Shown here: positions 22,053 through 32,237 of the stretch, in pieces
How the letters are laid out: each line of letters begins with the position of its first letter
How positions within the stretch are numbered: position 1 is the stretch's first letter
Origin: an uncultured Piscirickettsiaceae bacterium
Lineage (GTDB): Bacteria > Pseudomonadota > Gammaproteobacteria > GCF-002020875
Length of the DNA stretch: 64,000 nt
NCBI GenBank assembly: GCA_964551545.1
Contig: CAZKCT010000001.1
Location: forward strand, 36,065-100,064
Reading direction: 5' to 3'
The notes under the pieces: generated by a model
Databases searched by the model: none
What the model was told of the DNA's origin: nothing
The model's input: only the letters and a program-made list of their open reading frames with translations
Made by a program: the position numbers and the translations under genes

Positions 22053-22339
22053 GGTGGAGGGAGCATGCCATTGATGGAGTGAAATTCAATCCATTTTTTG
22101 AGGCTACTCTTATGGGGTATACCTGGCTTCCTGTGGATAACTCTGTTGAAAGTCTGTTTGTGAACACAAGATGTAGTGTTTTAGAAAAAAAGTCAATTTT
22201 TCTATCCGACTGAAAAAGAAGGGATTTCGTTTAGAAGAGAGTGTTTAAATACTTTTAATAACATATAGTTATAATGTTTGTAGTGGGTTGCTCTTAGAGT
22301 TGACAGGATTGTTTTTGCTGCTACTCTTTCCGGCTCCAA

Positions 22340-22355
22340 ACACAATATGTTGTGT
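22340..22355 (+). promoter_or_regulatory. Candidate NrdR box upstream of nrdJ
   Basis: ACACAATATGTTGTGT matches the 16-bp NrdR consensus acaCwAtATaTwGtgt at about 14 of 16 positions. It lies 80 nt upstream of the nrdJ ATG. Confidence 0.55.
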
Positions 22356-22434
22356 TTCTTGCAAAAGTGCAAAAACGCATATTCCAAGAGAGAATCTCTT
22401 AAAAGTTCACCAAATAGGGGGGAGAACGACCAAG

Positions 22435-24603
22435 ATGAAGACAGCTCAGCTACGCTCTGTGCCGGTTCAATCGGCCGACCAATCGCAGACTGCGGTTCCA
22501 TTTCAGCCCGCATCCATCGATATCTGGGACAAGAAGTATCGTCTCAAGAGTAAGGATGGCGAGGTTATCGATGAGGTGATCGAAGATACCTACCGCCGTG
22601 TTGCGCGCGCACTTTCCGAGGTAGAGGAGACCCCGGAGCTGAAGCAGCAGTGGTACGAGGCGTTTGTCTGGGCGCTGCAGCATGGTGCAATTCCTGCAGG
22701 CCGCATCACCTCCAATGCGGGTGCGCAGGCGCACAAGCCGGCAACGTCGACCATCAACTGTACCGTATCCGGCACCATCGAAGACTCCATGAACGGAATT
22801 CTGGAGAAGGTCCACGAAGCGGGGCTGACCCTGCGCGCCGGCTGCGGCATCGGTTATGAGTTCTCCACACTGCGCCCAAAAGGGGCCTTTGTTGCGGGGG
22901 CGGGTGCCTACACCTCCGGCCCACTCTCCTTCATGGATATCTATGACAAGATGTGCTTCACCGTCTCCTCTGCGGGCGGACGTCGTGGCGCACAGATGGC
23001 CACCTTTGATGTCGGTCATCCGGATGTGATGGACTTCATTCGTGCCAAGCGTGAGGATGGTGTGCTGCGTCAGTTCAACCTCTCGTTGCTGGTGACCAAG
23101 GAGTTCATGGAGGCGGTGCGCAGTGACTCCGATTGGCGACTCGCCTTCCCGGTCAGTCAGAAGGTGATTGATAGTGAAGCGCTCGATCTGAACAACCGTG
23201 AGCAGATTGCCTGGCGCGAGTGGGCCAACCCCGAGGGGCTGGTGACCAATGAGCAGGGGCTGGTGGCCTGTAAGGTTTACAAGACCATCCGTGCGCAGCG
23301 GTTGTGGGATGTGATCATGTCCTCCACCTACGACTATGCCGAGCCTGGCTTCATCCTCATCGACAAGGTCAATGAGATGAACAACAACTGGTTCTGCGAG
23401 AATATCCGAGCCACCAACCCTTGTGGTGAGCAGCCGCTTCCTCCTTATGGCTCCTGCCTGTTGGGTTCGATCAACCTCACCCGGTTTGTCGAGAACCCCT
23501 TTACCGATGCCGCCCGTTTTGACTGGGAGAGCTACCGCAAGACCATCTCGATTTTCACCCGTATGCTCGACAATGTGGTGGAGATCAATGGTCTGCCACT
23601 GGGTCAGCAGCGCGATGAGATTCTGACCAAGCGTCGTCACGGTATGGGGTATCTCGGATTGGGCTCCACCATGACCATGCTGGGCATGAAGTATGGTGAG
23701 ACAGACTCTGTCGAGTTCACCGAGCAGATTACCCGCGAACTGGCGGTCACTGGCTGGAAGGCTGGCGTTGATCTGGCGAAAGAGAAGGGGGCGGCCCCTG
23801 CGCTGGACCGTGAGTATGAGGTCACTCCTGCCATGTTGCGGATGCGCCCTGAGATGGCCGAAGATGGCTGGAGCGTCGGAGACCAGATTCTCGGTAAAGT
23901 ACTGCACGCCAAATACAGTCGTTACATGCAGCAGATGGCAGAGGTCGAGCCAGAACTGGTGGCTGATATGATTGAGGTGGGGAGTCGATTTACCCATCAC
24001 AGCTCGATCGCACCGACAGGCACCATCTCGTTGTCACTGGCCAATAATGCCAGTAATGGTATTGAGCCCAGTTTCTCACACATGTACTCACGTAACGTGA
24101 TTCGTGAAGGGAAGAAGACAAAAGAGAAGGTGGATGTCCTCTCCTACGAGTTGTTGGCCTACCGTGAGATGATCAACGCCGATGCGGCACCCTATGCCGA
24201 AGAGGCAGAGAATCAGCTGCCTGACTACTTCATCTCCTCCGAGACCATCAATCCAAAGGCGCACGTCGATGTACAGGCGGCGGCGCAGAAGTGGATCGAC
24301 TCGTCGATCTCCAAAACGGTCAATATCCCCACCGACTTTGATTATCAGGAGTTCAAGGATGTCTACCTCTACGCTTATGAGCAGGGGTTGAAGGGGTGCA
24401 CCACCTTCCGCTTCAATCCGGAGGCCTTCCAGGGCGTACTGGTGAAGGAGCAGGATCTGGAGAATACCACCTACCGCTTCGAACTGGAGAGTGGGGAGAC
24501 TATTGAGGTCAAGGGCAATGAGGAGATTGAGTACGATGGCGAGATGCATACCGCCGCCAATCTCTACGACGCGCTGAAAGAGGGGTACTACGGAAAGTTC
24601 TAG
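22435..24603 (+). CDS. nrdJ: Class II (adenosylcobalamin-dependent) ribonucleotide reductase, large N-terminal part (NrdJa)
   Basis: Active-site NPCGEQPL and the B12-dependent RNR fold. The ATG at 22435 has a G-rich Shine-Dalgarno 10 nt upstream. Confidence 0.9.
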   Translation: MKTAQLRSVPVQSADQSQTAVPFQPASIDIWDKKYRLKSKDGEVIDEVIEDTYRRVARALSEVEETPELKQQWYEAFVWALQHGAIPAGRITSNAGAQAHKPATSTINCTVSGTIEDSMNGILEKVHEAGLTLRAGCGIGYEFSTLRPKGAFVAGAGAYTSGPLSFMDIYDKMCFTVSSAGGRRGAQMATFDVGHPDVMDFIRAKREDGVLRQFNLSLLVTKEFMEAVRSDSDWRLAFPVSQKVIDSEALDLNNREQIAWREWANPEGLVTNEQGLVACKVYKTIRAQRLWDVIMSSTYDYAEPGFILIDKVNEMNNNWFCENIRATNPCGEQPLPPYGSCLLGSINLTRFVENPFTDAARFDWESYRKTISIFTRMLDNVVEINGLPLGQQRDEILTKRRHGMGYLGLGSTMTMLGMKYGETDSVEFTEQITRELAVTGWKAGVDLAKEKGAAPALDREYEVTPAMLRMRPEMAEDGWSVGDQILGKVLHAKYSRYMQQMAEVEPELVADMIEVGSRFTHHSSIAPTGTISLSLANNASNGIEPSFSHMYSRNVIREGKKTKEKVDVLSYELLAYREMINADAAPYAEEAENQLPDYFISSETINPKAHVDVQAAAQKWIDSSISKTVNIPTDFDYQEFKDVYLYAYEQGLKGCTTFRFNPEAFQGVLVKEQDLENTTYRFELESGETIEVKGNEEIEYDGEMHTAANLYDALKEGYYGKF

Positions 24604-24635
24604 GGGGCTTTTGGTAGCGTAATTGAGGAAAAATC

Positions 24636-25373
24636 ATGGCAGTAAAAATCGAAAAGAAAATCGTCAGTTATCAGGTGGTCGAAGAGGAGACCGCTGTAGA
24701 GGAGAGCGCAGCATCGAAGGTCGCCTGTGGTGCTGAAGAGGACACCAGTAATGTGATCCAGATGCACGAAAAGCTGGAGCGTCCTGATCATCTGGTGGGT
24801 TCTACCTACAAGATCAAGACACCGCTCTCTGAGCATGCGCTCTATGTCACTATCAATGACATCCTCCTCAATGAGGGTACCGACCATGAGCAGCGTCGTC
24901 CGTTTGAGGTTTTTATTAACTCCAAGAATATGGACCACTTCCAGTGGATTGTTGCACTGACCCGAATCATCTCTGCGGTCTTCCGCAAGGGTGGTGATGT
25001 CACCTTCCTGGTGGAGGAGCTGCGCTCCGTATTTGATCCGCGTGGTGGCTACTTCAAGAAGGGCGGTAAGTACATGCCCTCTCTGGTCGCTGAGATTGGG
25101 GACTGTATTGAGTGCCACCTGCGCTTCATCGGCATGTTGGGTGGAGACTGCATGGATGACAACCAGAAGGCCTTCCTCGACAAGAAGCGGGCAGAGTTTG
25201 AGGGACAGCAGAAGAAGGCAGAGGTTCCTGCGGCAGCAGAGAGTACAGCAACGGAAGAGAAGAGCAGCTTCCCTGCGGGGGCACAGCTTTGTGCCAAATG
25301 CAGCACCAAAGCAGTGGTGAAGATGGATGGCTGCATGACCTGTCTGAATTGTGGTGAGAGTAAATGCGGATAG
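24636..25373 (+). CDS. nrdJb: Class II ribonucleotide reductase C-terminal part (NrdJb) with a C-terminal Cys-rich zinc-ribbon tail
   Basis: Begins 32 nt after nrdJa and has its own GAGGA Shine-Dalgarno. The C-terminus CAKCSTKAVVKMDGCMTCLNCGESKCG is the RNR reductant tail, as in the split nrdJa/nrdJb of Pseudomonas. Confidence 0.75.
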   Translation: MAVKIEKKIVSYQVVEEETAVEESAASKVACGAEEDTSNVIQMHEKLERPDHLVGSTYKIKTPLSEHALYVTINDILLNEGTDHEQRRPFEVFINSKNMDHFQWIVALTRIISAVFRKGGDVTFLVEELRSVFDPRGGYFKKGGKYMPSLVAEIGDCIECHLRFIGMLGGDCMDDNQKAFLDKKRAEFEGQQKKAEVPAAAESTATEEKSSFPAGAQLCAKCSTKAVVKMDGCMTCLNCGESKCG

Positions 25374-25493
25374 TTGGATTGTGGTGAGATAAGTTTCCTC
25401 CGTAGGTCTTGCCCGGCACGAAAATGGAATTTTGCGTCGGGCGATTTTTAACGGGAAACGGTCAGTAGAAGACTATAGAAAAAGGAAAAGAAG

Positions 25494-26165
25494 ATGATCA
25501 AGCGATGGATGCAGAAGATCGGAATGGCGATCCTCGGTGCAGCACTGGTGGTTCCTGTGGCGGCTGCACAAGACTATAGCCGGTATGGGTACCGTAGCTC
25601 GCCCTACAAGGCGCCTGCGCCGATGCGCCGCTACCAGCCGATTCGTCAGGCGACACCGGACCAGATGCTGCGTCAGGGGGTGGAGCAGACATTCTCCTAT
25701 CTGCGCCGGACAGGGAGTACCGATCTCTCCAATGTGCTTGATTTTGTCAATAAAGAGCTCGGCCCCTACTTTGATTTTGAGTACATGACTCGCCTCGCTG
25801 CAGGCAAGATGGCTAAGGAACTGACCGATGAGCAGATCAAGAAGCTGTCGAAAAAGCTGGAAGAGATGTTCATGACGGCACTGGGGCAGCAGATTGCCAC
25901 CTACGCCTATACCAATCACCGCGTCACCTTCTATCCAGCCAAGCGCTCCCGTTTTGGCAAAGAGGTGAGTGTTGCGGCCCGGATCACCCACCCTCGTGGA
26001 TTCCCCATCAAGATCACCTTCCGGTTCCATCCGACCAAAAAAGGGTGGAAGATCTATGATGTCTCCGCGAACAACAACAGTGCGGTGATGTACTACCGGA
26101 AGCAGCTGGCGATGATTGCACAGCGTTATGGCATGGATGCTTTGTTAAAGAAGACGGACGGATAA
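25494..26165 (+). CDS. Second MlaC/Ttg2D-family periplasmic binding protein (paralogue)
   Basis: Has a signal peptide and the family signature WKIYDVSANNNSAVMYYRKQLA, cf. mlaC at 2895. Confidence 0.7.
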   Translation: MIKRWMQKIGMAILGAALVVPVAAAQDYSRYGYRSSPYKAPAPMRRYQPIRQATPDQMLRQGVEQTFSYLRRTGSTDLSNVLDFVNKELGPYFDFEYMTRLAAGKMAKELTDEQIKKLSKKLEEMFMTALGQQIATYAYTNHRVTFYPAKRSRFGKEVSVAARITHPRGFPIKITFRFHPTKKGWKIYDVSANNNSAVMYYRKQLAMIAQRYGMDALLKKTDG

Positions 26166-26177
26166 GGAGATCGAGGA

Positions 26178-26309
26178 ATGAATGGAACAACAATTTTTCT
26201 ATTGATGAGTGTGGTATCAGTGATTGCGGTCTTTGCGCTCCACTGCAAATCATATAGCCGCAGCTCCTGTAATGCGGTGCTGAGAGGTGCTCTCTCGAAG
26301 GGGAAGTAG
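26178..26309 (+). CDS. Small hydrophobic peptide (43 aa, one predicted TM helix). It is absent from the ORF track because it is under 60 aa
   Basis: AAGGAG Shine-Dalgarno at 26164-26169, 8 nt before the ATG. The product is MNGTTIFLLMSVVSVIAVFALHCKSYSRSSCNAVLRGALSKGK. A terminator follows at 26337-26380. Confidence 0.3.
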   Translation: MNGTTIFLLMSVVSVIAVFALHCKSYSRSSCNAVLRGALSKGK

Positions 26310-26336
26310 TGGTTAAGGGCTAGGGGGAAGCAACCC

Positions 26337-26380
26337 AAAAAGGCCGGAGTCGGACTACCTGACTCCGGCCTTTTCTATTT
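26337..26380. terminator. Bidirectional rho-independent terminator between convergent genes
   Basis: AAAAA, then GGCCGGAGTCGG, loop, CCTGACTCCGGCC, then TTTT. The stem is perfect for about 12 bp. Confidence 0.75.
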
Positions 26381-26394
26381 GGCGTGTGGCTTGC

Positions 26395-27036
26395 TCAGGC
26401 GCCGTACTGCTCGCGGTACGCCTCGACCCTTTTCAGGTTCTCTTCCATGCCAGGCTTTTCGCTGAGATAGGTGATCAGATCGTTGAGTCCAACAATGCTG
26501 GCCACCTCGACCCCATATTGCGCCTCAACCTCCTGAATGGCGGACTGCGCACCCTGTCCACGCTCCTGACGATCCAGCGAGATCACCACGCCACCAAATT
26601 CAGCGCCATTGGCCTGGATGATCTCAACCGATTCGCGCACGGAAGTACCGGCAGAGATCACATCATCGATCACCAGAATTTTCCCTTCCAGTGGAGCGCC
26701 AACAATGACACCCCCTTCACCGTGATCTTTTGCCTCTTTGCGATTGAAGGCGAAAGGCAGATCACGGCCATGCTCTTCGGCAAGGTAGGTGGCAGTCACC
26801 GCCGCCAGAGGAATTCCCTTGTAGGCGGGGCCATAGATCAGATCAAACTCAATGCCGCTCTCGACGATGGCAGCGGCGTAGTATTTACCAAGCCGGGCCA
26901 TCTGGGCACCGGTATTGAAGAGGCCGGCATTGAAGAAGTAGGGGCTGAGACGACCCGACTTCAGGGTGAATTCACCAAAGCGCAATACGTCGGCATCAAT
27001 GGCAAAGTCGAGAAAATCCTTTTTGTAGTCTTGCAT
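26395..27036 (-). CDS. pyrE: Orotate phosphoribosyltransferase
   Basis: Collinear with E. coli PyrE from [13 protein letters not shown] ([22 protein letters not shown]). I chose the ATG at 27036. The ORF-track start adds 31 residues. Confidence 0.9.
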   Translation of the reverse strand: MQDYKKDFLDFAIDADVLRFGEFTLKSGRLSPYFFNAGLFNTGAQMARLGKYYAAAIVESGIEFDLIYGPAYKGIPLAAVTATYLAEEHGRDLPFAFNRKEAKDHGEGGVIVGAPLEGKILVIDDVISAGTSVRESVEIIQANGAEFGGVVISLDRQERGQGAQSAIQEVEAQYGVEVASIVGLNDLITYLSEKPGMEENLKRVEAYREQYGA

Positions 27037-27115
27037 GGTGGTCGGGGCTCCGAAAATGGCTTGATCAAGGGGCGCATTATATACTCTCCCTCTTTCTAAT
27101 TGATGGACCAATCGA

Positions 27116-28507
27116 ATGGGCAAAGCCACAAAAATTACCTCTCTTGCTCAGGCGGTCCAGCTGTTTCGGGATAAGCGCCTACTCTGGATCTTCATCCTTG
27201 GCTTCTCCAGCGGTTTTCCCTGGGTATTGATTGGTTCCGCCATGACCGCCTGGCTGCAGGAGGCGGGGCTGACCCGTACCGCCATCGGATTCTTTGGCTC
27301 GGTGTTTGTGGTCTATGCCCTCAACTTCCTCTGGGCACCGCTGTTGGATCGGCTCAAGGTGCCGTTGCTGGGGAGTCGCTTAGGGCAGCGTCGCTCCTGG
27401 ATTGTGTTGATGCAGTGGATCATTTCTGCAGCAGCAATACTGATCGGTTTGACCGATCCTGGTGTCAGTATCTTCTGGACCAGCCTACTGGCGTTGCTGA
27501 TCGCCATCGCTTCGGCGACCCAGGATATTGCGGTCGATGCCTACCGCATCGAGATTATCGGTGCGTCAGAGCAGGAGAAGATCCCCCATGCAGCGGCGAT
27601 CACCACCAGTGGCTGGTGGACCGGTTTCAGTGTGCCGGGGGCAATGGCGCTCTATCTCTCCGATCTGCCGGGTGCAGATTGGTCGATGGTCTATGCAATG
27701 CTGGCCGGGTTGATGTTGTTGCTCTCGTGGCGAGTGTGGCGCATGCCAGAGCCGGAGAGTCACCGCGCTGAGGCGCAGCATGAGGCTGAGGCCCATTATG
27801 AAGAGGAGCTAGAGGAGCACCACCTTGCGGGCAGTGGGGAATCTCGTCACTGGATGGCGTGGTGGGCGGTTACCGTCGTCGAACCGTTTGCCGAGTTTTT
27901 TCGCCGCAATGGTTGGAAGCTGGCCATTGCGGTGCTCTCCTTTATCTTCCTCTTCAAACTGGGAGAAGCCTTTCTGGGGCGGATGTCGATTGTCTTCTAC
28001 AAGGAGATCGGCTTCAGTAATAGTGAGATTGCCACCTACTCCAAATTGGTGGGGTGGTGGGTCACCATTATCTTCTCGCTACTGGCGGGGGTCTTCAATG
28101 CCCGCTTTGGGATTGTACGTGGATTGATGATTGGTGGCGTTGCGATGGCCTCGACCAATCTGCTCTTTGCTTGGTTGGCGCTGGCTGGTCCCAATACCAA
28201 TATCTTTGCGCTGGCGGTGGTGCTTGATAATTTCACCTCTTCATTTGCTACGGTCACTTTTGTCACCTTCATCTCCTATCTCACCAGCCGTGCCTATACC
28301 GCCACCCAATATGCGTTGATGGCCTCGCTCGGTAATCTGGGGCGGACGACTGTTGCCAGCTTCAGTGGTGTCGTGGTTGATGGGCTGGATGGAGATTGGT
28401 TCACCTTCTTTATATTGACCTCTCTGATGGTGGTTCCGGCGCTTGTGCTGTTGTGGCGAATCGGCCACCATCTGCACCACGAAAAAATTCAGGATCGACA
28501 TTCATGA
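27116..28507 (+). CDS. ampG: Muropeptide permease AmpG (MFS)
   Basis: 12 to 14 TM MFS protein with the AmpG N-terminus [26 protein letters not shown]. Confidence 0.85.
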   Translation: MGKATKITSLAQAVQLFRDKRLLWIFILGFSSGFPWVLIGSAMTAWLQEAGLTRTAIGFFGSVFVVYALNFLWAPLLDRLKVPLLGSRLGQRRSWIVLMQWIISAAAILIGLTDPGVSIFWTSLLALLIAIASATQDIAVDAYRIEIIGASEQEKIPHAAAITTSGWWTGFSVPGAMALYLSDLPGADWSMVYAMLAGLMLLLSWRVWRMPEPESHRAEAQHEAEAHYEEELEEHHLAGSGESRHWMAWWAVTVVEPFAEFFRRNGWKLAIAVLSFIFLFKLGEAFLGRMSIVFYKEIGFSNSEIATYSKLVGWWVTIIFSLLAGVFNARFGIVRGLMIGGVAMASTNLLFAWLALAGPNTNIFALAVVLDNFTSSFATVTFVTFISYLTSRAYTATQYALMASLGNLGRTTVASFSGVVVDGLDGDWFTFFILTSLMVVPALVLLWRIGHHLHHEKIQDRHS

Positions 28508-30492
28508 AACAATCCCCCATTCAATCTCTCTGGAACGCAGCCGACGCGGCACAGTGTAAGGATGACCTCGAACTGCGGGTCTACAGCTCGCGCTTGTTGG
28601 GGCAGAACCCCAATCTGGTACTGCATGGTGGAGGCAACACCTCGGTCAAGATCACCGAGACTAATCTGGTCGGAGAGCAGGAGGAGATCCTCTATGTAAA
28701 AGGAAGTGGTTGGGATCTTGCTACCATTGAGGCGCCCGGTTTTGCCCCGGTGCGTCTGGAGCCGATGAAGAAGCTGGCGAAGCTGAAAACCCTCAGTGAT
28801 CCACAGATGGTCAATGAGTTGAAGACACAGATGACGTTGGCCGGTGCGCCCTCGCCTTCGGTGGAGACCATTCTCCATGCGGTGCTCCCCTACAAGTTTG
28901 TGGACCATACCCACTCTGACGCAGTGGTGACGCTGACCAACAGTGCCGATGGCGAACAGCGTATTCGTGATCTCTACGGCGACAAGGTGATTATCGTCCC
29001 TTACGTGATGCCCGGTTTTGACCTGGCCCGCACCATTGGTGAGCAGTATGAGCGTGAAGCGAGCGAGCAGACTATCGGTATGATTCTGCTCAACCATGGG
29101 GTCTTCTCCTTCAGTGACTCTGCAGAGGCGTCCTACGAGCGGATGATCGAGCTGGTCTCGATGGCGGAGCAGAGTCTGATGGGGCAGAGTGCCTGGGAGG
29201 TGGATCAAGAGTCAGGCGGTACGCCAGAGGGAAGCCAGCGAGAGACTTTAGCCGCACTTCGTGCAGAAATTTCAGCGGCAGCGGGCCGACCGATGATGAT
29301 GCAGATGACGGAGAGCAAAGCGGGATATAGTTTTGTCCGGCACCCACAGTTGATATCTATTGCCACTCGGGGGCCGGTGACTCCAGACCATGTCCTGCGT
29401 ACCAAACGGATTCCGATGGTGGGGCGTGATGTGAAAGGTTACTGCGACGGCTATGCTGCCTACTTCAATCAGCATGCCCCCAATGCCAAGGAGGAGAAAA
29501 CCATGCTGGATCCCGCACCACGGGTGGTGTTGGATCGGGAATTGGGACTTTGTGCTGTGGGCAAAACGGTCAGTGAGGTTGCGATGGTATCCGACCTTTA
29601 TGAGCAGACCATGACCTGTATCTTGCGAGCAGAGCAGCTGGGTGGCTGGCAGGCGCTTCCTGCCAGTGACATCTTTGATCTGGAGTATTGGGATCTGGAG
29701 CAGGCAAAATTGAGAAAAGGGGGAAGTGCGCCACCATTCCAGGGTGAGGTGGCTCTGGTGACGGGTGCAGCCTCCGGGATTGGCAAGGCGTGTGTTGAAT
29801 CCTTTATTGCACGTGGTGCAGCGGTGATCGGGATCGATATTAATCCCGATATTGAGACGTTGATCGATGGTCCAAATTTTCTCGGGATCGCCGGAGATAT
29901 TGCCGATGAGGCGGCACAGCAGTCGGCGCTGGAGCAGGCCGTGCGCTGCTTTGGGGGTATCGATATGGTGGTGCTCAATGCCGGAATGTTCCCTGGGGGC
30001 ACCCACATCGCAGATCTGAAGAGTGAGGATTTTCAGCAGGTGATGAAGGTCAACCTTGATGCCAATTTGGCGCTGATGCGTGAGTGTTATCCACTGTTGA
30101 GGCAGGCGCCGAATGGGGGGCGTGTAGTGGTGATGGGCTCAAAGAATGTATTGGCACCGGGTGCGGGGGCAGCGGCTTACTCGGCCTCCAAGGCGGCGCT
30201 GACCCAGTTGATGCGTATTGCGGCCTTCGAGTGGGGGGGTGAGGGCATTCGTATCAATGCGCTCCACCCCGACGCGGTCTTCGATACCGGCATCTGGACG
30301 GATGAGGTATTACAGGCGCGTGCTGACCACTATGGCATGACAGTCGAACAGTACAAGACCCGTAATGTGCTCAAGGTCGAGGTGACCAGTCGCGATGTGG
30401 CAGAACTGACTGCAGAGATGTGTGGCCCACTGTTTGCCAAGACCACTGCGGCTCAGCTCCCTGTGGATGGGGGCAACGAGCGGGTGATCTGA
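28504..30492 (+). CDS. Bifunctional class II aldolase/adducin-domain plus short-chain dehydrogenase protein
   Basis: N-terminal aldolase II domain. C-terminal SDR with TGAASGIGKA and a YSASKAA catalytic motif. The ATG overlaps the ampG stop (ATGA). Confidence 0.8.
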   Translation: MKQSPIQSLWNAADAAQCKDDLELRVYSSRLLGQNPNLVLHGGGNTSVKITETNLVGEQEEILYVKGSGWDLATIEAPGFAPVRLEPMKKLAKLKTLSDPQMVNELKTQMTLAGAPSPSVETILHAVLPYKFVDHTHSDAVVTLTNSADGEQRIRDLYGDKVIIVPYVMPGFDLARTIGEQYEREASEQTIGMILLNHGVFSFSDSAEASYERMIELVSMAEQSLMGQSAWEVDQESGGTPEGSQRETLAALRAEISAAAGRPMMMQMTESKAGYSFVRHPQLISIATRGPVTPDHVLRTKRIPMVGRDVKGYCDGYAAYFNQHAPNAKEEKTMLDPAPRVVLDRELGLCAVGKTVSEVAMVSDLYEQTMTCILRAEQLGGWQALPASDIFDLEYWDLEQAKLRKGGSAPPFQGEVALVTGAASGIGKACVESFIARGAAVIGIDINPDIETLIDGPNFLGIAGDIADEAAQQSALEQAVRCFGGIDMVVLNAGMFPGGTHIADLKSEDFQQVMKVNLDANLALMRECYPLLRQAPNGGRVVVMGSKNVLAPGAGAAAYSASKAALTQLMRIAAFEWGGEGIRINALHPDAVFDTGIWTDEVLQARADHYGMTVEQYKTRNVLKVEVTSRDVAELTAEMCGPLFAKTTAAQLPVDGGNERVI

Positions 30493-30504
30493 TTCAGGGG
30501 CTCC

Positions 30505-30957
30505 TTACCCTGTATAGAAATTCTGGGTGAACTGGATTACTCCAGGTGTGGGTTCTGTGCCAGATGAAACCGAAGGCTCGGGTTGCACCTCGATATGGAA
30601 ACGGAGTGTCTCGTGGTCATCAATCCTGAACTGATCGAGATAGTAGATGGTCTCCTGCTCTCGAACCGGGAAGAAGTGGAGTGTGTTGAGCTGTCCATTG
30701 AGGTTGGTGGCACTTCCCTGAATGCGTGCTGCCACCGGCGTTGTTGATCCATCCGCGTGATTCCGTAGTACCGTTACATTGAGCACTGCGCGGTGGCTGC
30801 TGCGGATAATGCCGTGGCGTCGTGCCACATCAGCCGAAATATCGTCAGAGCGGAATGCGTTGTAGTGGGCGGTATAGTTCCCAAAGGTGATGGATTGCTC
30901 CGCCAGTGCCGAAGTGGACAGCAGCGCAAGCGTAAACAGGGTTAAAAATCGTTTCAT
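30505..30957 (-). CDS. Periplasmic DUF4426-like protein
   Basis: Signal peptide MKRFLTLFTLALLSTSALA. GAGGAG Shine-Dalgarno 7 nt upstream of the ATG at 30957. The family assignment is from memory of the motif only. Confidence 0.55.
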   Translation of the reverse strand: MKRFLTLFTLALLSTSALAEQSITFGNYTAHYNAFRSDDISADVARRHGIIRSSHRAVLNVTVLRNHADGSTTPVAARIQGSATNLNGQLNTLHFFPVREQETIYYLDQFRIDDHETLRFHIEVQPEPSVSSGTEPTPGVIQFTQNFYTG

Positions 30958-31182
30958 CGGAGATCTCCTCAATCAGTCGTGATCTTTCTGAGAGATACTC
31001 TATCAATGTTGGATTGATTTCAAGAATGGCGTCTTGTGGTGAGCTGCATCAGAAAGTACTTATAAATTTTTATCTATTTCTATAGATCCCTTGGGCAGGG
31101 TATGATCAGTTTTCATGATATATTTAGTGGCTCCTGGCAGAGGGGCAGATGCGTTGGCCAAGGTAATGAAGGGTAGTATTGA

Positions 31183-31632
31183 ATGAACCGTTCTGATAAC
31201 GAAGTGACAGATACTTTAGAGAAGTTTGTCTGGAGCCAGGATCGCTATGGGGTTGGTGATGATGAAATTGATCGGCAGCACCGAGGGATCTTGGAGGTTA
31301 TTAATGGTCTGATCGAACAGGTGAATGAAGGGAGCCATGATCCAAAAGCACTGGTTGAGGTGTTGGTGGAACTGAATGATTATGCAGTCAAGCATTTTCA
31401 GGCTGAGGAGTCATTGCTGAAGCGGTTGGGATATCCACTGCTGGAACATCAACACCATTCTCACGGTTACTATACAGAGAAAGTGTCTGGTTTTTTGTTA
31501 TCAATGAAACAAGAACAGGTTGCTTTAGAGGATGTTCTTGAATTTATAGGGATGTGGTGGGAGCAGCATATCTTGGTTGAGGATATGGGGTTTAAGGCGT
31601 TTCTTCAGGCTAAACAAGTCCCTCAGGCGTGA
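31183..31632 (+). CDS. Hemerythrin-like (bacteriohemerythrin) protein
   Basis: HHE cation-binding domain pattern (W...IDRQHRGILEVING, H...EE, LEHQHH). Confidence 0.7.
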   Translation: MNRSDNEVTDTLEKFVWSQDRYGVGDDEIDRQHRGILEVINGLIEQVNEGSHDPKALVEVLVELNDYAVKHFQAEESLLKRLGYPLLEHQHHSHGYYTEKVSGFLLSMKQEQVALEDVLEFIGMWWEQHILVEDMGFKAFLQAKQVPQA

Positions 31633-32237
31633 TAAGGCAGCCGCTCAAAACGGTAGATTGCAGTCTCTCCGAGTAGATTAGGAGCTAGTTTTAGTAGTGC
31701 CGCCTTGCGGTGCTGGTGGTCAACCACCGTACGCTCCAGGATTCGAATCCCTTTTTGTTGGCAGAGCGCCTCGAAGTCGCTGACTGTACAGAGATGAATG
31801 TTGGGGGTGTTGTACCAGGTGTTGGGCAGGGTCTTGGTGACCGGCATTTTTCCACCAAACATCAGCTGCCAGCGATTTTTCCAGTGACCAAAGTTAGGAA
31901 AGGTGATGATCCCCTGTTTTCCGACCCGTAGCATCTCGTCCAGGAGTTGATCGGGGTAGTTCATCGCCTGCAGGGTGAGGCTCATGATGACGTAGTCAAA
32001 AGAGTCATCATCAAAGTATTCGCTCAGTCCATGATCAAGGTCTGACTGAATTACCTGAATACCGTTCTCCAGGCAGCTAAGGATATTGTGGTCATCCAAC
32101 TCCAGTCCATACCCTGCTACCTGATGGTGATCCATCATGTGGCGCAGCAGTGTCCCGTCTCCACAACCAAGATCGAGGACCTGACTGCCGCTCTCGATCC
32201 AGTCGCAAATGATCTCTTGATCGGCGCGTAGGCTCAT
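31623..32237 (-). CDS. metW: Methionine biosynthesis protein MetW
   Basis: SAM-methyltransferase-like MetW ([12 protein letters not shown]). It overlaps the metX stop by 4 nt. Confidence 0.85.
   Translation of the reverse strand: MSLRADQEIICDWIESGSQVLDLGCGDGTLLRHMMDHHQVAGYGLELDDHNILSCLENGIQVIQSDLDHGLSEYFDDDSFDYVIMSLTLQAMNYPDQLLDEMLRVGKQGIITFPNFGHWKNRWQLMFGGKMPVTKTLPNTWYNTPNIHLCTVSDFEALCQQKGIRILERTVVDHQHRKAALLKLAPNLLGETAIYRFERLPYHA

Noticed and set aside
22261-22277. Possible second NrdR box (ACATATAGTTATAATGT)
   Set aside because: It is 17 nt rather than 16, a poor consensus match, and 79 bp from the good box rather than the expected spacing of about 31 bp.
22450-24000. 516-aa ORF antisense to nrdJ
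   Set aside because: It lies entirely within the confidently identified RNR gene on the opposite strand. It has no motifs, and its composition is a mirror-image artefact.
31100-31182. FNR/ANR-like half-sites upstream of the hemerythrin gene
   Set aside because: Only a TTGAT half-site is present, with no matching ATCAA partner at the correct spacing.
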